A stretch of 51,440 nucleotides of DNA, from NCBI GenBank assembly GCA_040879175.1, contig JBBDKW010000001.1, positions 1 through 51,440 on the forward strand, given 5' to 3'. A model generated the notes under the pieces. That model saw only the letters and a list, made by a program, of their open reading frames with translations. It was not told the origin of the DNA and ran no database searches. This DNA comes from Candidatus Saccharimonadales bacterium (lineage in GTDB: Bacteria > Patescibacteriota > Saccharimonadia > Saccharimonadales > UBA10212). This document shows positions 18,522-27,634 of this stretch, in pieces. The translations under genes and the position numbers were made by a program. How positions within the stretch are numbered: position 1 is the first letter of the stretch; every line of letters starts with the position of its first letter.

Positions 18522-20474
18522 TTACAGTTTTGATTTAACCTCAGCGATGAGGTCTCTGAGCTCAGCGGCTTTTTCGAATTCCAAGTTAGCGGCAGCTAAG
18601 TTCATCTGTGATGTCAGATCGCGAATCATATAGTTGTATTCCTCCTTGGGAATTTTACGCAGGTCAAGCTTCATCCGCTTGCTGGCCGATTCTTCTTTGG
18701 CGGTCCTGGGCAACATCGCACTGACCTCGCGAGTAATGCTTTTTGGAGTAATTTTGTGCCTTTTGTTGTGGCGCTCTTGAATCTGACGGCGGCGGTTAGT
18801 CTCATCAATCGCCCGGCGCATACTGCCGGTTTTGTTATCGGCATACATCAGGACTCTCCCGTCAACATGCCGGGCGGCACGGCCGATCGTCTGTATCAAA
18901 GATTGCTCGGAGCGGAGAAATCCCTCTTTGTCAGCGTCAAGAATAGCCACCAGGCTGACTTCCGGTAAGTCTAGGCCTTCACGGAGCAGATTGATACCTA
19001 CTAGAACGTCGTAAACCCCAAGCCGTAGGTCGCGTAGGATGTCTGTCCGCTCCAGCGTGTCGATCTCGGAGTGCAGATACATAACTTTCATGTTTAAGTC
19101 AGCCAAATACTCGGCTAAATCTTCGGACATCCGTTTTGTGAGAGTTGTTACCAATACCCTTTGTTTTTTACTGACAGTATCTTTAATCTCAGCTATCAAA
19201 TCATCGATTTGGCCTTCGGTCGGGCGCACATCGATTTGCGGATCAAGCAGCCCTGTCGGGCGGATAATTTGCTGTACGGGCTCAGGGCTGCGAGTCAACT
19301 CGTATTCCGCAGGAGTGGCACTGACGTAAACGACTTGGTTCATATGACGCTCGAATTCGCTGAATGTCAGCGGTCGGTTATCGAGTGCGCTCGGCAGGCG
19401 GAAGCCATGCTCAACCAGTACTTCTTTGCGTGAACGGTCGCCATGATACATACCGCGTACCTGAGGAATACTCATATGCGATTCGTCGATAAATATCAAA
19501 TAGTCGTCAGGGAAATAATCGAGCAAGGTTGCCGGCTGTTCGCCTTCTTCACGATCGGTCAGATAGCGGCTGTAGTTTTCTATGCCTTTCACAAAACCGG
19601 TCTGTTCCATCATCTCGATATCAAACTTGACGCGCTGCTTCAGGCGTTGGGCTTCCAGTAACTTGTCTTGGGCTTTAAACCACTTAAGTCTTTCGGTTGT
19701 TTCCTCTTGGATTTTGACAATCGCTCTTTTGAGCTTTTCCTCCGGGGTTACAAAGTGGCTCCCAGGAAAAATACTTAACAAGTCAAGTGTTTTCTCGATT
19801 TCACCGGTCAACGGGTTGATGCGTGTCATACGTTCAACTTCTTCGCCGAAGAATTCAATCCTGTATGCCGCCTCGTCGCCGGCCGGGAAAATATCGACTA
19901 CATCGCCCCGCACCCTGAAGTTGCCGCGTTCAAAGGCCATATCATTGCGGCGGTATTGGATATCTGTCAGCTGACGGATCAATTTATCGCGCCGGCGGCG
20001 CTCGCCTCTTTTGATTTTGATAGTCATATTGGTGTAATCCTCGACCGAACCGATACCGTAAATGCAAGACACACTGGCAACGATAATCAGGAGAGCCTCC
20101 GTCGCGGCGTGACGCAGCCGGTCGATTTCTTCATTGATGTCACTGTCTTTTTCGATATAGGTGTCAGTGCGCGGCATGTAGGCTTCCGGCTGGTAATAAT
20201 CAAAGTAACTTACGAAATAGTGGACGGCGTTATCGGGAAAAAAAATACGGAATTCGTTATATAGCTGGGCTGCCAGCGTCTTGTTATGCGAAAGTACCAA
20301 AGTCGGTCTTTGCGTATTGGCGATAACGTTCGCCATAGTAAAGGTCTTGCCACTGCCTGTCACACCCAGAAGCACTTGGTGTTTTTCGTCATCTAAACCA
20401 GCGGTCAATTTAGCAATCGCCGTCGGCTGATCTCCCGTCGGCTTATACTCACTCCTAAGCCTAAACTTACCCAC
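18522..20474 (-). CDS. uvrB: Excinuclease ABC subunit B
   Basis: [23 protein letters not shown]-terminal UVR domain; about 5 residues appear to be missing. Confidence 0.97.
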   Translation of the reverse strand: MGKFRLRSEYKPTGDQPTAIAKLTAGLDDEKHQVLLGVTGSGKTFTMANVIANTQRPTLVLSHNKTLAAQLYNEFRIFFPDNAVHYFVSYFDYYQPEAYMPRTDTYIEKDSDINEEIDRLRHAATEALLIIVASVSCIYGIGSVEDYTNMTIKIKRGERRRRDKLIRQLTDIQYRRNDMAFERGNFRVRGDVVDIFPAGDEAAYRIEFFGEEVERMTRINPLTGEIEKTLDLLSIFPGSHFVTPEEKLKRAIVKIQEETTERLKWFKAQDKLLEAQRLKQRVKFDIEMMEQTGFVKGIENYSRYLTDREEGEQPATLLDYFPDDYLIFIDESHMSIPQVRGMYHGDRSRKEVLVEHGFRLPSALDNRPLTFSEFERHMNQVVYVSATPAEYELTRSPEPVQQIIRPTGLLDPQIDVRPTEGQIDDLIAEIKDTVSKKQRVLVTTLTKRMSEDLAEYLADLNMKVMYLHSEIDTLERTDILRDLRLGVYDVLVGINLLREGLDLPEVSLVAILDADKEGFLRSEQSLIQTIGRAARHVDGRVLMYADNKTGSMRRAIDETNRRRQIQERHNKRHKITPKSITREVSAMLPRTAKEESASKRMKLDLRKIPKEEYNYMIRDLTSQMNLAAANLEFEKAAELRDLIAEVKSKL

Positions 20475-20495
20475 TTATAAATTGTAACAAGCTTT

Positions 20496-21071
20496 CTAAT
20501 CGTGCTCGTAGATGGAGCGGTAGTGGTGGTTTTGTTTGTCGAGCATTTGGGTAAGTTTGGCAATGAGTTTTTCAGGATCTTCCTCAAAAATCACCAAATC
20601 GGGGTCGGCATTCGGCAGGAGTTTTAATAAGCTCTCGATCTGGGCACTTATACCGCCAGCGCTTTCCAGAACACCTATTGGAGTGTGTGTTTCGGCAGCA
20701 ATAGTAAACTCGTGTAACGTTCCCAGCCTGCCGCCAATTGTCACAACCGCATCGCAAGAGTTAATCAGCAGTGCGTCGCGGCCGCCATAATGGAGGCCGG
20801 TGTATAAAATGGCATCGTAGTGTTTTGTCGGCAGGCGGTATTTCATAACATGTTCGATTTTTGAGTGAGCGGGGCTCAGCCCCAGACTCATTTTGCCGCC
20901 GGTGGCCTTGTAGCCGGCGGCGGCGAAGTCCGGCAAACCAGCCGTGGCGCCGGTCATTAGGCTGTGGCCGGCTTTGGCTATGGCGATACCGATTGCCTTG
21001 GCCAGCTCGGCTCCGCGCTCAACGCTTTCGCCTTTAGCTGCCCCAGAGACGCAAATCTGATATTTCCCCAT
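20496..21071 (-). CDS. LOG/SMF-like Rossmann-fold protein (TIGR00725-like)
   Basis: ICVSG, TGATAGLP, TGLHYGGRD, GGRLGTLHE. Confidence 0.8.
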   Translation of the reverse strand: MGKYQICVSGAAKGESVERGAELAKAIGIAIAKAGHSLMTGATAGLPDFAAAGYKATGGKMSLGLSPAHSKIEHVMKYRLPTKHYDAILYTGLHYGGRDALLINSCDAVVTIGGRLGTLHEFTIAAETHTPIGVLESAGGISAQIESLLKLLPNADPDLVIFEEDPEKLIAKLTQMLDKQNHHYRSIYEHD

Positions 21072-21073
21072 TA

Positions 21074-22126
21074 CTACTCCGATGTCGCGTACTCTTCAGC
21101 CAGCTCGGTACTGGTTGGCAGCTTTACTTGTTCATCTTGGTCGAAGCTAACTTGTATATCAGGAACTTTGTCCGATAAGGCGACAGAGATTTTTTGATAA
21201 CGGTTAGCCAGTTCATCCCACAAAGACCGTGCCCCGTGATGCCTAACGGCATGAGTTAAGTTATGGCCCTTAAGATGATTGAGGGCAACGTCTTTAAGGT
21301 TAAGCGATACCGGCTGCTCACCATCAGAGATTAGGTGGCCCGTATCCACCCACCAGCGTAGCGCCGGACTCAGCTCATCCAAGGCCTCGGTGTAGCCTTC
21401 AGGGTTAAGGGATCGCATGCCTTCAAGTAAAAGCAAAGTCAAACACAACACTGAAGCGCTGCTAAGCTCCTTCGATGGCCAGGCAGCCACCGCACCTATC
21501 TGTCTATTAACCACAGTATGGGAAGACGGGCCATCTAAGCCTGCCCGACGATTTGGCCTTAGATTGACAATTTTTATTGGGCGTAGCTCGTACTGCGAGG
21601 CGTTGAGCTTTGCCAGGTGCTTGGAGATGTTTTTTTGCCAAGTGGCTGATTCGATGACCGAGCCGGCAAGATAGATTTCGGCGGTGTCCTGACGTTTGAT
21701 CATTGAAGCCACTGAACGGTAGTGAAGCAGTTTAGCAATATGCTTTGGCGGATTTTTAATCAGCGCCGATTTGGCGAACGAATTCTTGACCACCCAGACC
21801 TCATCCGTAGCTGCCGCGTGGTTTACCAGTTGAATGGCTTTGTTAAGGCGATCATCAAGCTTGGTTCCATCGTCGACACCCAGTGCTTTATCTAGCATTT
21901 GCGAATCTCTCTCGAACCGTGCCCGAAGCGAATGGTAGAGTTCTTCGTCGGTTGTATCGTCAGAATCTAGACCAAGCTGCTCGATTTTAGTGCGCAGCTT
22001 ACGTTTTTCTTCGGCCATCAGCCGGACATCTTCGCTCGGAAAACCGCACAAAGCCTCCAGCTTAGATACGGAGGCTGCTATTTCCTTCTCCGATTTATCT
22101 AGCATCCGGGATAGAGTCTTGCTCAT
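21074..22126 (-). CDS. Hypothetical protein
   Basis: 350-aa ORF in operon orientation with a GGGAGG SD; no motif recognised. Confidence 0.75.
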   Translation of the reverse strand: MSKTLSRMLDKSEKEIAASVSKLEALCGFPSEDVRLMAEEKRKLRTKIEQLGLDSDDTTDEELYHSLRARFERDSQMLDKALGVDDGTKLDDRLNKAIQLVNHAAATDEVWVVKNSFAKSALIKNPPKHIAKLLHYRSVASMIKRQDTAEIYLAGSVIESATWQKNISKHLAKLNASQYELRPIKIVNLRPNRRAGLDGPSSHTVVNRQIGAVAAWPSKELSSASVLCLTLLLLEGMRSLNPEGYTEALDELSPALRWWVDTGHLISDGEQPVSLNLKDVALNHLKGHNLTHAVRHHGARSLWDELANRYQKISVALSDKVPDIQVSFDQDEQVKLPTSTELAEEYATSE

Positions 22127-22145
22127 CTAGGCCCTCCCGTGGAGG

Positions 22146-22240
22146 CAATGCTCAATTTACAATTATCAATTTTCAATAAATTAACAATTAACAATGATGC
22201 AAGGATTATTGGTAAATGGAAAATAAATGGTAAATGAAAT
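22146..22240. repeat. Heptamer array (CAATTNN) with a degenerate inverted arm
   Basis: caatgct caattta caattat caatttt caataaa ttaa caattaa caatgat; right arm attggta aatggaa ... aatggta aatg. Confidence 0.85.
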
Positions 22241-22251
22241 GACGCAGTCAT

Positions 22252-23262
22252 TTATCGTAGCCTCACTGGGTGATATTCTTCCGGTGCAATGCGCAGATAG
22301 TGCTCAATTTCGCGCTCGGTTAGCAAGCCGGCTTGGGCGCCGACCTTCTGGACAACACTCATAGCATTAATCGGCGCCCATAGCAGCGCGCCGGCTATGT
22401 CGGCACCTTTCATAACAGCCGCGACAAAGGTTGATGTAAAAGCATCACCCGCCCCGGTGCGGTCGTATGGCGGTTTGGGGTCGGGGTAAATCGGCATTTT
22501 GTAACGGTTCGTGCCGTCGCTGGCGTAGGCGCCTTTAGGCCCATCACTGATGAGTACGATCTTTGGGCCTAGCTCATGCAGCTTACCCAGTAATTCGTGG
22601 ATATCATCATCGTAGCGTTTGCCGGCCACCTCAGCCGCTTCTTGACGGTTAACCGCTAGTATCTCGCTGCGGGCATATATTTGCCTCAGGCGCTGTACTC
22701 CTGCTTCCAGTTGGAACGTACCCGGTTGAAAGGCCAGTTTAATTTCTGGGTGCTTGTTGAGCCACTTGGCTATATCATCGTGGTATTCAAGGGCGTTTTG
22801 GCTGACCGAGCTAAAGTAAATCCATTGCGGGACGTCAATCTGTCTAAAGCGCGGCCAGTGGTAGTCATATTCTTCGTGTTTGATCAGTATGGTCCGATCG
22901 TCTTTGTACCAAAGAACGTAGTGGTAATTGCTTTTATGCCGTGGATTTATATGTACAAAGCGCCTATCTACTTTGGCTTTATGGAGGGCGTGCAAGATAT
23001 CCCTACCCCAATCATCGTCGCCGATATTCGATACCAAACCCGATTTTAGCCGCAGCTTGGCAAAAGTCACCGCCGCGTTGGATGCATTGCCAACCGCCGG
23101 CACAACGATGGATTGGTCGAAAGGTATTTTTGTAGCGTAAGCCATTGAGATCCTTGGTCCATCGTCAGTCCTTTCAACTTTTGCTTCGTCGTCCAACAGT
23201 TTGATAAATGCATCGGTTACTACATCACCTACACTCAAGACGTCAAGACGTGACTCAGCCAT
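22252..23262 (-). CDS. PfkB family carbohydrate kinase
   Basis: GNASNAAV and DRTGAGDAF signatures. Confidence 0.9.
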   Translation of the reverse strand: MAESRLDVLSVGDVVTDAFIKLLDDEAKVERTDDGPRISMAYATKIPFDQSIVVPAVGNASNAAVTFAKLRLKSGLVSNIGDDDWGRDILHALHKAKVDRRFVHINPRHKSNYHYVLWYKDDRTILIKHEEYDYHWPRFRQIDVPQWIYFSSVSQNALEYHDDIAKWLNKHPEIKLAFQPGTFQLEAGVQRLRQIYARSEILAVNRQEAAEVAGKRYDDDIHELLGKLHELGPKIVLISDGPKGAYASDGTNRYKMPIYPDPKPPYDRTGAGDAFTSTFVAAVMKGADIAGALLWAPINAMSVVQKVGAQAGLLTEREIEHYLRIAPEEYHPVRLR

Positions 23263-23291
23263 AATTCTTGAGCTAATTTTACCATAAGCGG

Positions 23292-24203
23292 CTAAGCCGG
23301 ACGCGCCTTGCGTGAAGAATTGAACATATCAATTTTGGACTCGACCACCTCTTGGACCTCGTCTATAACCTTAGCCATAAGCTTGATGACGGCGTACTCG
23401 TCTTGGTTTTTCTTAAGCACGTTCTCGAGGGTGTCACGATAGGCAATGCGCATATCGGAGTTGATGTTAATTTTGGCGACGCCTATTTTAACCGCTTCGA
23501 CAAAGTAATGCTTGGCCGTACCGCTACCACCATGTAAGGATATGTTGCAATTTATAGCTGCTTGAATTTCCCTTAGCAAATCGAGGTCAAGTATTTTCGG
23601 CATCGGGTATTTACCATGCAGGTTACCAACTTGGGCGGCAAAGGTATCAATTCCCGTCCGCTTGACAAAATCTGCCGCTTCCGCGGGTTTGGTGAGGTAT
23701 TTTTTGACTTCTTCGTAATCGATTTTTTCCTTATGCAGATTAGACGAACCCAAAAAATAGCGCTCTTCAGCCTCCACAAGCGCGCCTGTCAGTTTGGCGG
23801 CATTAACCACTTTTTTAGTCTCAGAAATTATTTCATCCCGGCTGGCGCTGTGCTTTGCCTGCGATATATCGATATGGATGCATTCAAACCCGGCCGTGAT
23901 ACTGGCAATGGCGTCTTCGACAGTCGGACTGTGATCCAGATTGATGTATATCTCCACACCGTATTGGCTTTTGTAGTTATCTACCAAGTCACGGACATTC
24001 TCTAGACCCATAGCATCGGCTTCAGTTTTGCTGACCTCAACTAAAACCGGTGCTTTTTTGGCGATCGCCGCCCGAACCACTGCTACCAGCGTTTCCTGAT
24101 TGTCTAGGTTAAATGCACCGAGTGCAAAATGCTCTTTATTAGCCCGCTCAAACGCCCCTCTCGCCAGCTCACAGTTTTTCCGTATTTGTGTTAATGATGG
24201 CAT
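23292..24203 (-). CDS. fba: Class II fructose-bisphosphate aldolase
   Basis: GAFN, NLDH, GNLHG, LHGGSG, KININSD. Confidence 0.9.
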   Translation of the reverse strand: MPSLTQIRKNCELARGAFERANKEHFALGAFNLDNQETLVAVVRAAIAKKAPVLVEVSKTEADAMGLENVRDLVDNYKSQYGVEIYINLDHSPTVEDAIASITAGFECIHIDISQAKHSASRDEIISETKKVVNAAKLTGALVEAEERYFLGSSNLHKEKIDYEEVKKYLTKPAEAADFVKRTGIDTFAAQVGNLHGKYPMPKILDLDLLREIQAAINCNISLHGGSGTAKHYFVEAVKIGVAKININSDMRIAYRDTLENVLKKNQDEYAVIKLMAKVIDEVQEVVESKIDMFNSSRKARPA

Positions 24204-24253
24204 ACCTTCTTTAGATTCTAGCCCCTTGTGCTTAACAATGCTAGGTTATGCGA

Positions 24254-24425
24254 GCAACCCTTCTTGAGCAACACTTGAGCAAACAGAGGGAACGAAGGAC
24301 GAGGAGCAGGCAGAATCGAGGACTGTTTGAGTCCGTCTAGATGTCGGACGAGTTCCGCAGATTCACCTGCTTTGAGGAGTGAGTGACCATCTTGATTTCG
24401 AACCGTGTTGTGAGAGAAGGGTTGC
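24254..24425. other. 172-bp rod-like palindromic element (MITE/REP-like or ncRNA)
   Basis: Perfect 11-bp terminal inverted repeat gcaacccttct/agaagggttgc, then caacac/gtgttg; nested agcagg/cctgct, gaatc/gattc, gtccg/cggac. Confidence 0.7.
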
Positions 24426-24428
24426 GAG

Positions 24429-25409
24429 TCAGTGTTTGTGGTTAGTGTGATCGAGCAGTAGGTGATGGGCGGCCATAGCAACGTGGTCGGCGTCTAGGCC
24501 AAAGTGGCGTAATAGCTCTTCTGGTTGGCCGCTCTCGCCGAAACGGTCTTTCATACCGACTCTTATCATTGGCGTCGGTAATTTTTCCGATAGCAGCTCA
24601 GCGATGGCACCGCCCAAGCCGCCATTAATCTGCCCTTCTTCGGCTGTTACGGCGTGTCGCGTTTTTCTAGCACTGTGAAGAATGGTTGTTTCATCAAGCG
24701 GCTTGATAGTTGGCACGTGTATAACTTCGGCATCAACGCCGTCCTTAGCTAGAGTCTTAGCAGCTTCCAGAGCTTGATAGGTCATTGTGCCAGTCGTAAT
24801 AAGGCTGACGTCGATTCCTTCTTTAAAAACATACGCTTTACCGATCTCGAACGGTGTGTTTTCGGTAGTAAAAACAGGTGTGGCTTCGCGCGCCAGGCGC
24901 ATATAGTTAGGTTGCTTATCGGCGGCCATGGCTATCGTTGCTTTGGCAGCTTCGATACTATCAGCCGGCGCAATGACAACCATATTTGGTAGCGCCCGCA
25001 TCAGCGCTAAGTCTTCGAGCATCTGGTGGGTGGCACCGTCCGGACCAACGCTAACTCCGGCGTGCGAGCCGACTATCTTAACCGGACGGTCGTTCAGGGC
25101 GATGGTGGTCCGGATTTGTTCCCAGTTGCGGCCCGGACTAAAGGCGGCGTAGGAGCTGACAAACGGGATCTTGCCCATGGCCGCCATCCCAGCTCCGACA
25201 GTTACCAAATTCTGCTCGGCTACACCAACTTCCACGTATCTTTCAGGAAAAGCTTCGGCAAAAAAGTGCATATTGGTCGATTCAGTCAAATCGGCACAGA
25301 TTGCCACAATATTTTCCCAGCGCTTACCGGCTTCCAAAAGCCCCTTGCCAAAACCTTTGCGAATCGGCTCCATGGTATCCCAGCTGTGCGCCAAATGCAC
25401 CTCAGGCAT
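24429..25409 (-). CDS. Transketolase, C-terminal (pyrimidine-binding) subunit
   Basis: GVAEQN, GPDGATHQ, FGESG. Confidence 0.92.
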   Translation of the reverse strand: MPEVHLAHSWDTMEPIRKGFGKGLLEAGKRWENIVAICADLTESTNMHFFAEAFPERYVEVGVAEQNLVTVGAGMAAMGKIPFVSSYAAFSPGRNWEQIRTTIALNDRPVKIVGSHAGVSVGPDGATHQMLEDLALMRALPNMVVIAPADSIEAAKATIAMAADKQPNYMRLAREATPVFTTENTPFEIGKAYVFKEGIDVSLITTGTMTYQALEAAKTLAKDGVDAEVIHVPTIKPLDETTILHSARKTRHAVTAEEGQINGGLGGAIAELLSEKLPTPMIRVGMKDRFGESGQPEELLRHFGLDADHVAMAAHHLLLDHTNHKH

Positions 25410-25427
25410 CGAAGACTCCCTTCGATG

Positions 25428-25540
25428 CAGTTTTCAATTTACAATTTACAATTTTCAATAAATTAGCAATTAACAATTTACAGCTGATGGCTGATGGCTG
25501 TGAATTTGTTGTGAATTGAGAGCTGTAAGCTGTGAATTTG
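25428..25540. repeat. Complete two-armed heptamer array
   Basis: cagtttt caattta caattta caatttt caataaa ttag caattaa caattta / tgatggc tgatggc tgtgaat ttgt tgtgaat tgagagc tgtaagc tgtgaat. Confidence 0.9.
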
Positions 25541-25547
25541 CCAATCA

Positions 25548-26414
25548 TTACTCGTGCTCCGATCGGATTTTGCCGCCCAAAGTACGAAGTTCTTTAATGG
25601 CCTTGACTGCCTGTTCGTGGTTGGGCGGCGAGCCGTGCCAGTGGAAATCATACTCCATAAAATCAACACCTTTGCCGGGAACAGTGTGGGCAATAATCAT
25701 TACTGGTTTCTCAACTATGGCCTTAGCCATATTGCAGGCGTCAATAATCGCTTCGATGTCGTTGCCGTCAATTTCCAGCACATGCCAGCCAAACGCTTCC
25801 CACTTATCACGGAGGTTTTCCAGCGGCATTACAGTCTCGGTCGGACCATCAATTTGGATATTGTTGCGGTCGGTAATGGCGATGATGTTATTGAGCTTGT
25901 ACTTGGCGGCAAACATAGCGCCTTCCCAGGTGTTGCCTTCGTCTTGTTCACCATCGCTCATTACGCAGTAAACCCAGCGGTGCTGGGTTTTGTCCATACG
26001 TAGAGCCATAGCCATTCCGGCCGCTTGGCTCAGACCTGAGCCGAGAGGCCCGCTAGTGGTTTCCAAACCAGGTAATCTTAGCCTTTCAGGATGCCCTTGA
26101 AGCCGCGAACCTAATTTACGTAGTGTCATCAGTTCTTTTTTGTCAAAGTAGCCGGCGTGGGCCATCACTACGTAACGCACCGGCGTACAATGGCCGTTTG
26201 AAAGAATCAAAATGTCTCTCTCGGCCCAATCTGGGTTTTTAGGGTCGTGCTTCAAAACGTTAAAGTATAGTGCCGTGAAAACATCGGTGAGGCCTAACGG
26301 CCCAGCCGAATGGCCGCTGCCGGCGTGCTCGAGCGTTTTAATAAGATCGATTCTGATTTCATTGGCTTTTTTCTCTAATGCCGGCAAAGAATAGTGTTTC
26401 TGTTGTACAGCCAT
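25548..26414 (-). CDS. Transketolase, N-terminal (TPP-binding) subunit
   Basis: GSGHSAG, LSNGH, LQGHP, SDGEQDEG TPP motif, GKGV. Confidence 0.92.
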   Translation of the reverse strand: MAVQQKHYSLPALEKKANEIRIDLIKTLEHAGSGHSAGPLGLTDVFTALYFNVLKHDPKNPDWAERDILILSNGHCTPVRYVVMAHAGYFDKKELMTLRKLGSRLQGHPERLRLPGLETTSGPLGSGLSQAAGMAMALRMDKTQHRWVYCVMSDGEQDEGNTWEGAMFAAKYKLNNIIAITDRNNIQIDGPTETVMPLENLRDKWEAFGWHVLEIDGNDIEAIIDACNMAKAIVEKPVMIIAHTVPGKGVDFMEYDFHWHGSPPNHEQAVKAIKELRTLGGKIRSEHE

Positions 26415-26454
26415 TTCGCTAATGATTATAGCGAAAAAACCTTCGATTTTCAGG

Positions 26455-26492
26455 AATTAGCAAATAGCAATTAGTAATTAGCTAGTTCCTAG
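26455..26492. repeat. Short heptamer array (AATTAGC)
   Basis: aattagc aaatagc aattagt aattagc tagttcc tag; abuts the rpe stop. Confidence 0.7.
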
Positions 26493-27151
26493 GTCGTACC
26501 GGTTTCTTCAGCGATACGTTCCAATGCCCTGTACGCTCTTTCCGGATCGTAGGAATTCTGGATAAAGCCGCCGACGTTCAGCACATCGACACCGCCGAAT
26601 ACCAGCTCAGCAACGTTCTGATCGCCAATCCCGCCATCCCAACCGATTTCCAGTTCCGGTTTTCTCTGCTTTAATATCTTAGCCTTTTCCAACAAACTGA
26701 GATCTGCTTGTCCGCCGAATTTACCTAAATCACCGCTGAAAATCAACACGTGGTCAATGTCGTCCAAGGCTGAAAAAATTTTCTCCGGGACTGTCAGGGA
26801 AAGGAGAGCCACTCCGAGCTTAACCGAATGATTGCGACAAAAATCGGCAACTTGGTCGAAGTCTCCCTCGGCTTCGGCGTGCACGATAATCAAATGCGGC
26901 TTGTGCTGTAAGATTTTTTGGACGGCCGTCAGCGGATTTTGGTACATCAAGTGAAAATCAGCCAAAAAACCGACAGGCCACCAGGCTTCTTCCGGAGTAA
27001 CCGTCTTGTGTGGTGCAAAGATCCCATCTGTTAGATCAATTTGGATACGGCGAGCAAAATGAGCCACATTCTGTATTTGCTTGTGATAATCATCCTTATC
27101 GGCGGCCAAAATCGCCGGGCAGATAATGGGTTTCTTAGCTGCCAAGTCCAT
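26489..27151 (-). CDS. rpe: Ribulose-phosphate 3-epimerase
   Basis: PAILA, IDLTDG, DFHLM, VHAE, WDGG; lies in a pentose-phosphate cluster. Confidence 0.85.
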   Translation of the reverse strand: MDLAAKKPIICPAILAADKDDYHKQIQNVAHFARRIQIDLTDGIFAPHKTVTPEEAWWPVGFLADFHLMYQNPLTAVQKILQHKPHLIIVHAEAEGDFDQVADFCRNHSVKLGVALLSLTVPEKIFSALDDIDHVLIFSGDLGKFGGQADLSLLEKAKILKQRKPELEIGWDGGIGDQNVAELVFGGVDVLNVGGFIQNSYDPERAYRALERIAEETGTT

Positions 27152-27632
27152 TTATTTTACCGATTCGCCGCTGGTGGCGGTCTTCCTGGCTGAATGGTGT
27201 TCCTAGCCACAGTTTTATAACCGATTTCATATCTTCTACTGTTATGAACCGAGCAGCCAGACTCAACATATTGGAATCATTGTGCTGGCGGCTAAGGCGA
27301 ACAATCTCATACGGATCGTGGCTTGTACGCCCGGCGGCATCTACCACCTTTCTTGGAACGGCCGGTCCGTAAAACACAACGCAGCGTATGCTTTTGATTT
27401 TGTTGGCCGCGATGGCCTCACCTTGTCCTGAACCACCAAGGACGATTCCCCGCTCGCACTCACCGACGGCCACGGCCTTAGCCGCAGGGATAATGAAATC
27501 TGGGTAGTCGTCATTGGGGTTGAGGTTTTTGGGTCCAAAATTCTTAACTTCGTATCCTAATGACTCAAGGTAGGATGACAGTTCCTTTAGCTGTTCAAGT
27601 CCTGCGTGGTCAGATGCCAAGGCGATATTCAT
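27135..27632 (-). CDS. rpiB: Ribose-5-phosphate isomerase B
   Basis: ASDHAG, DDYPD, GGSGQGEAIAANK, RQHNDSN, RHQRR. Confidence 0.92.
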   Translation of the reverse strand: MNIALASDHAGLEQLKELSSYLESLGYEVKNFGPKNLNPNDDYPDFIIPAAKAVAVGECERGIVLGGSGQGEAIAANKIKSIRCVVFYGPAVPRKVVDAAGRTSHDPYEIVRLSRQHNDSNMLSLAARFITVEDMKSVIKLWLGTPFSQEDRHQRRIGKINGLGS

Positions 27633-27634
27633 AG

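Noticed and set aside
24218-24481. 87-aa ORF across the tktC-fba spacer; also 8562-8771 and 6338-6568
   Set aside because: They overlap palindromic elements or real genes, lack motifs, and are better explained as non-coding structure
24429-26414. Split transketolase as a frameshifted pseudogene
   Set aside because: Two-subunit transketolases are a known form, and both halves are intact with their own starts
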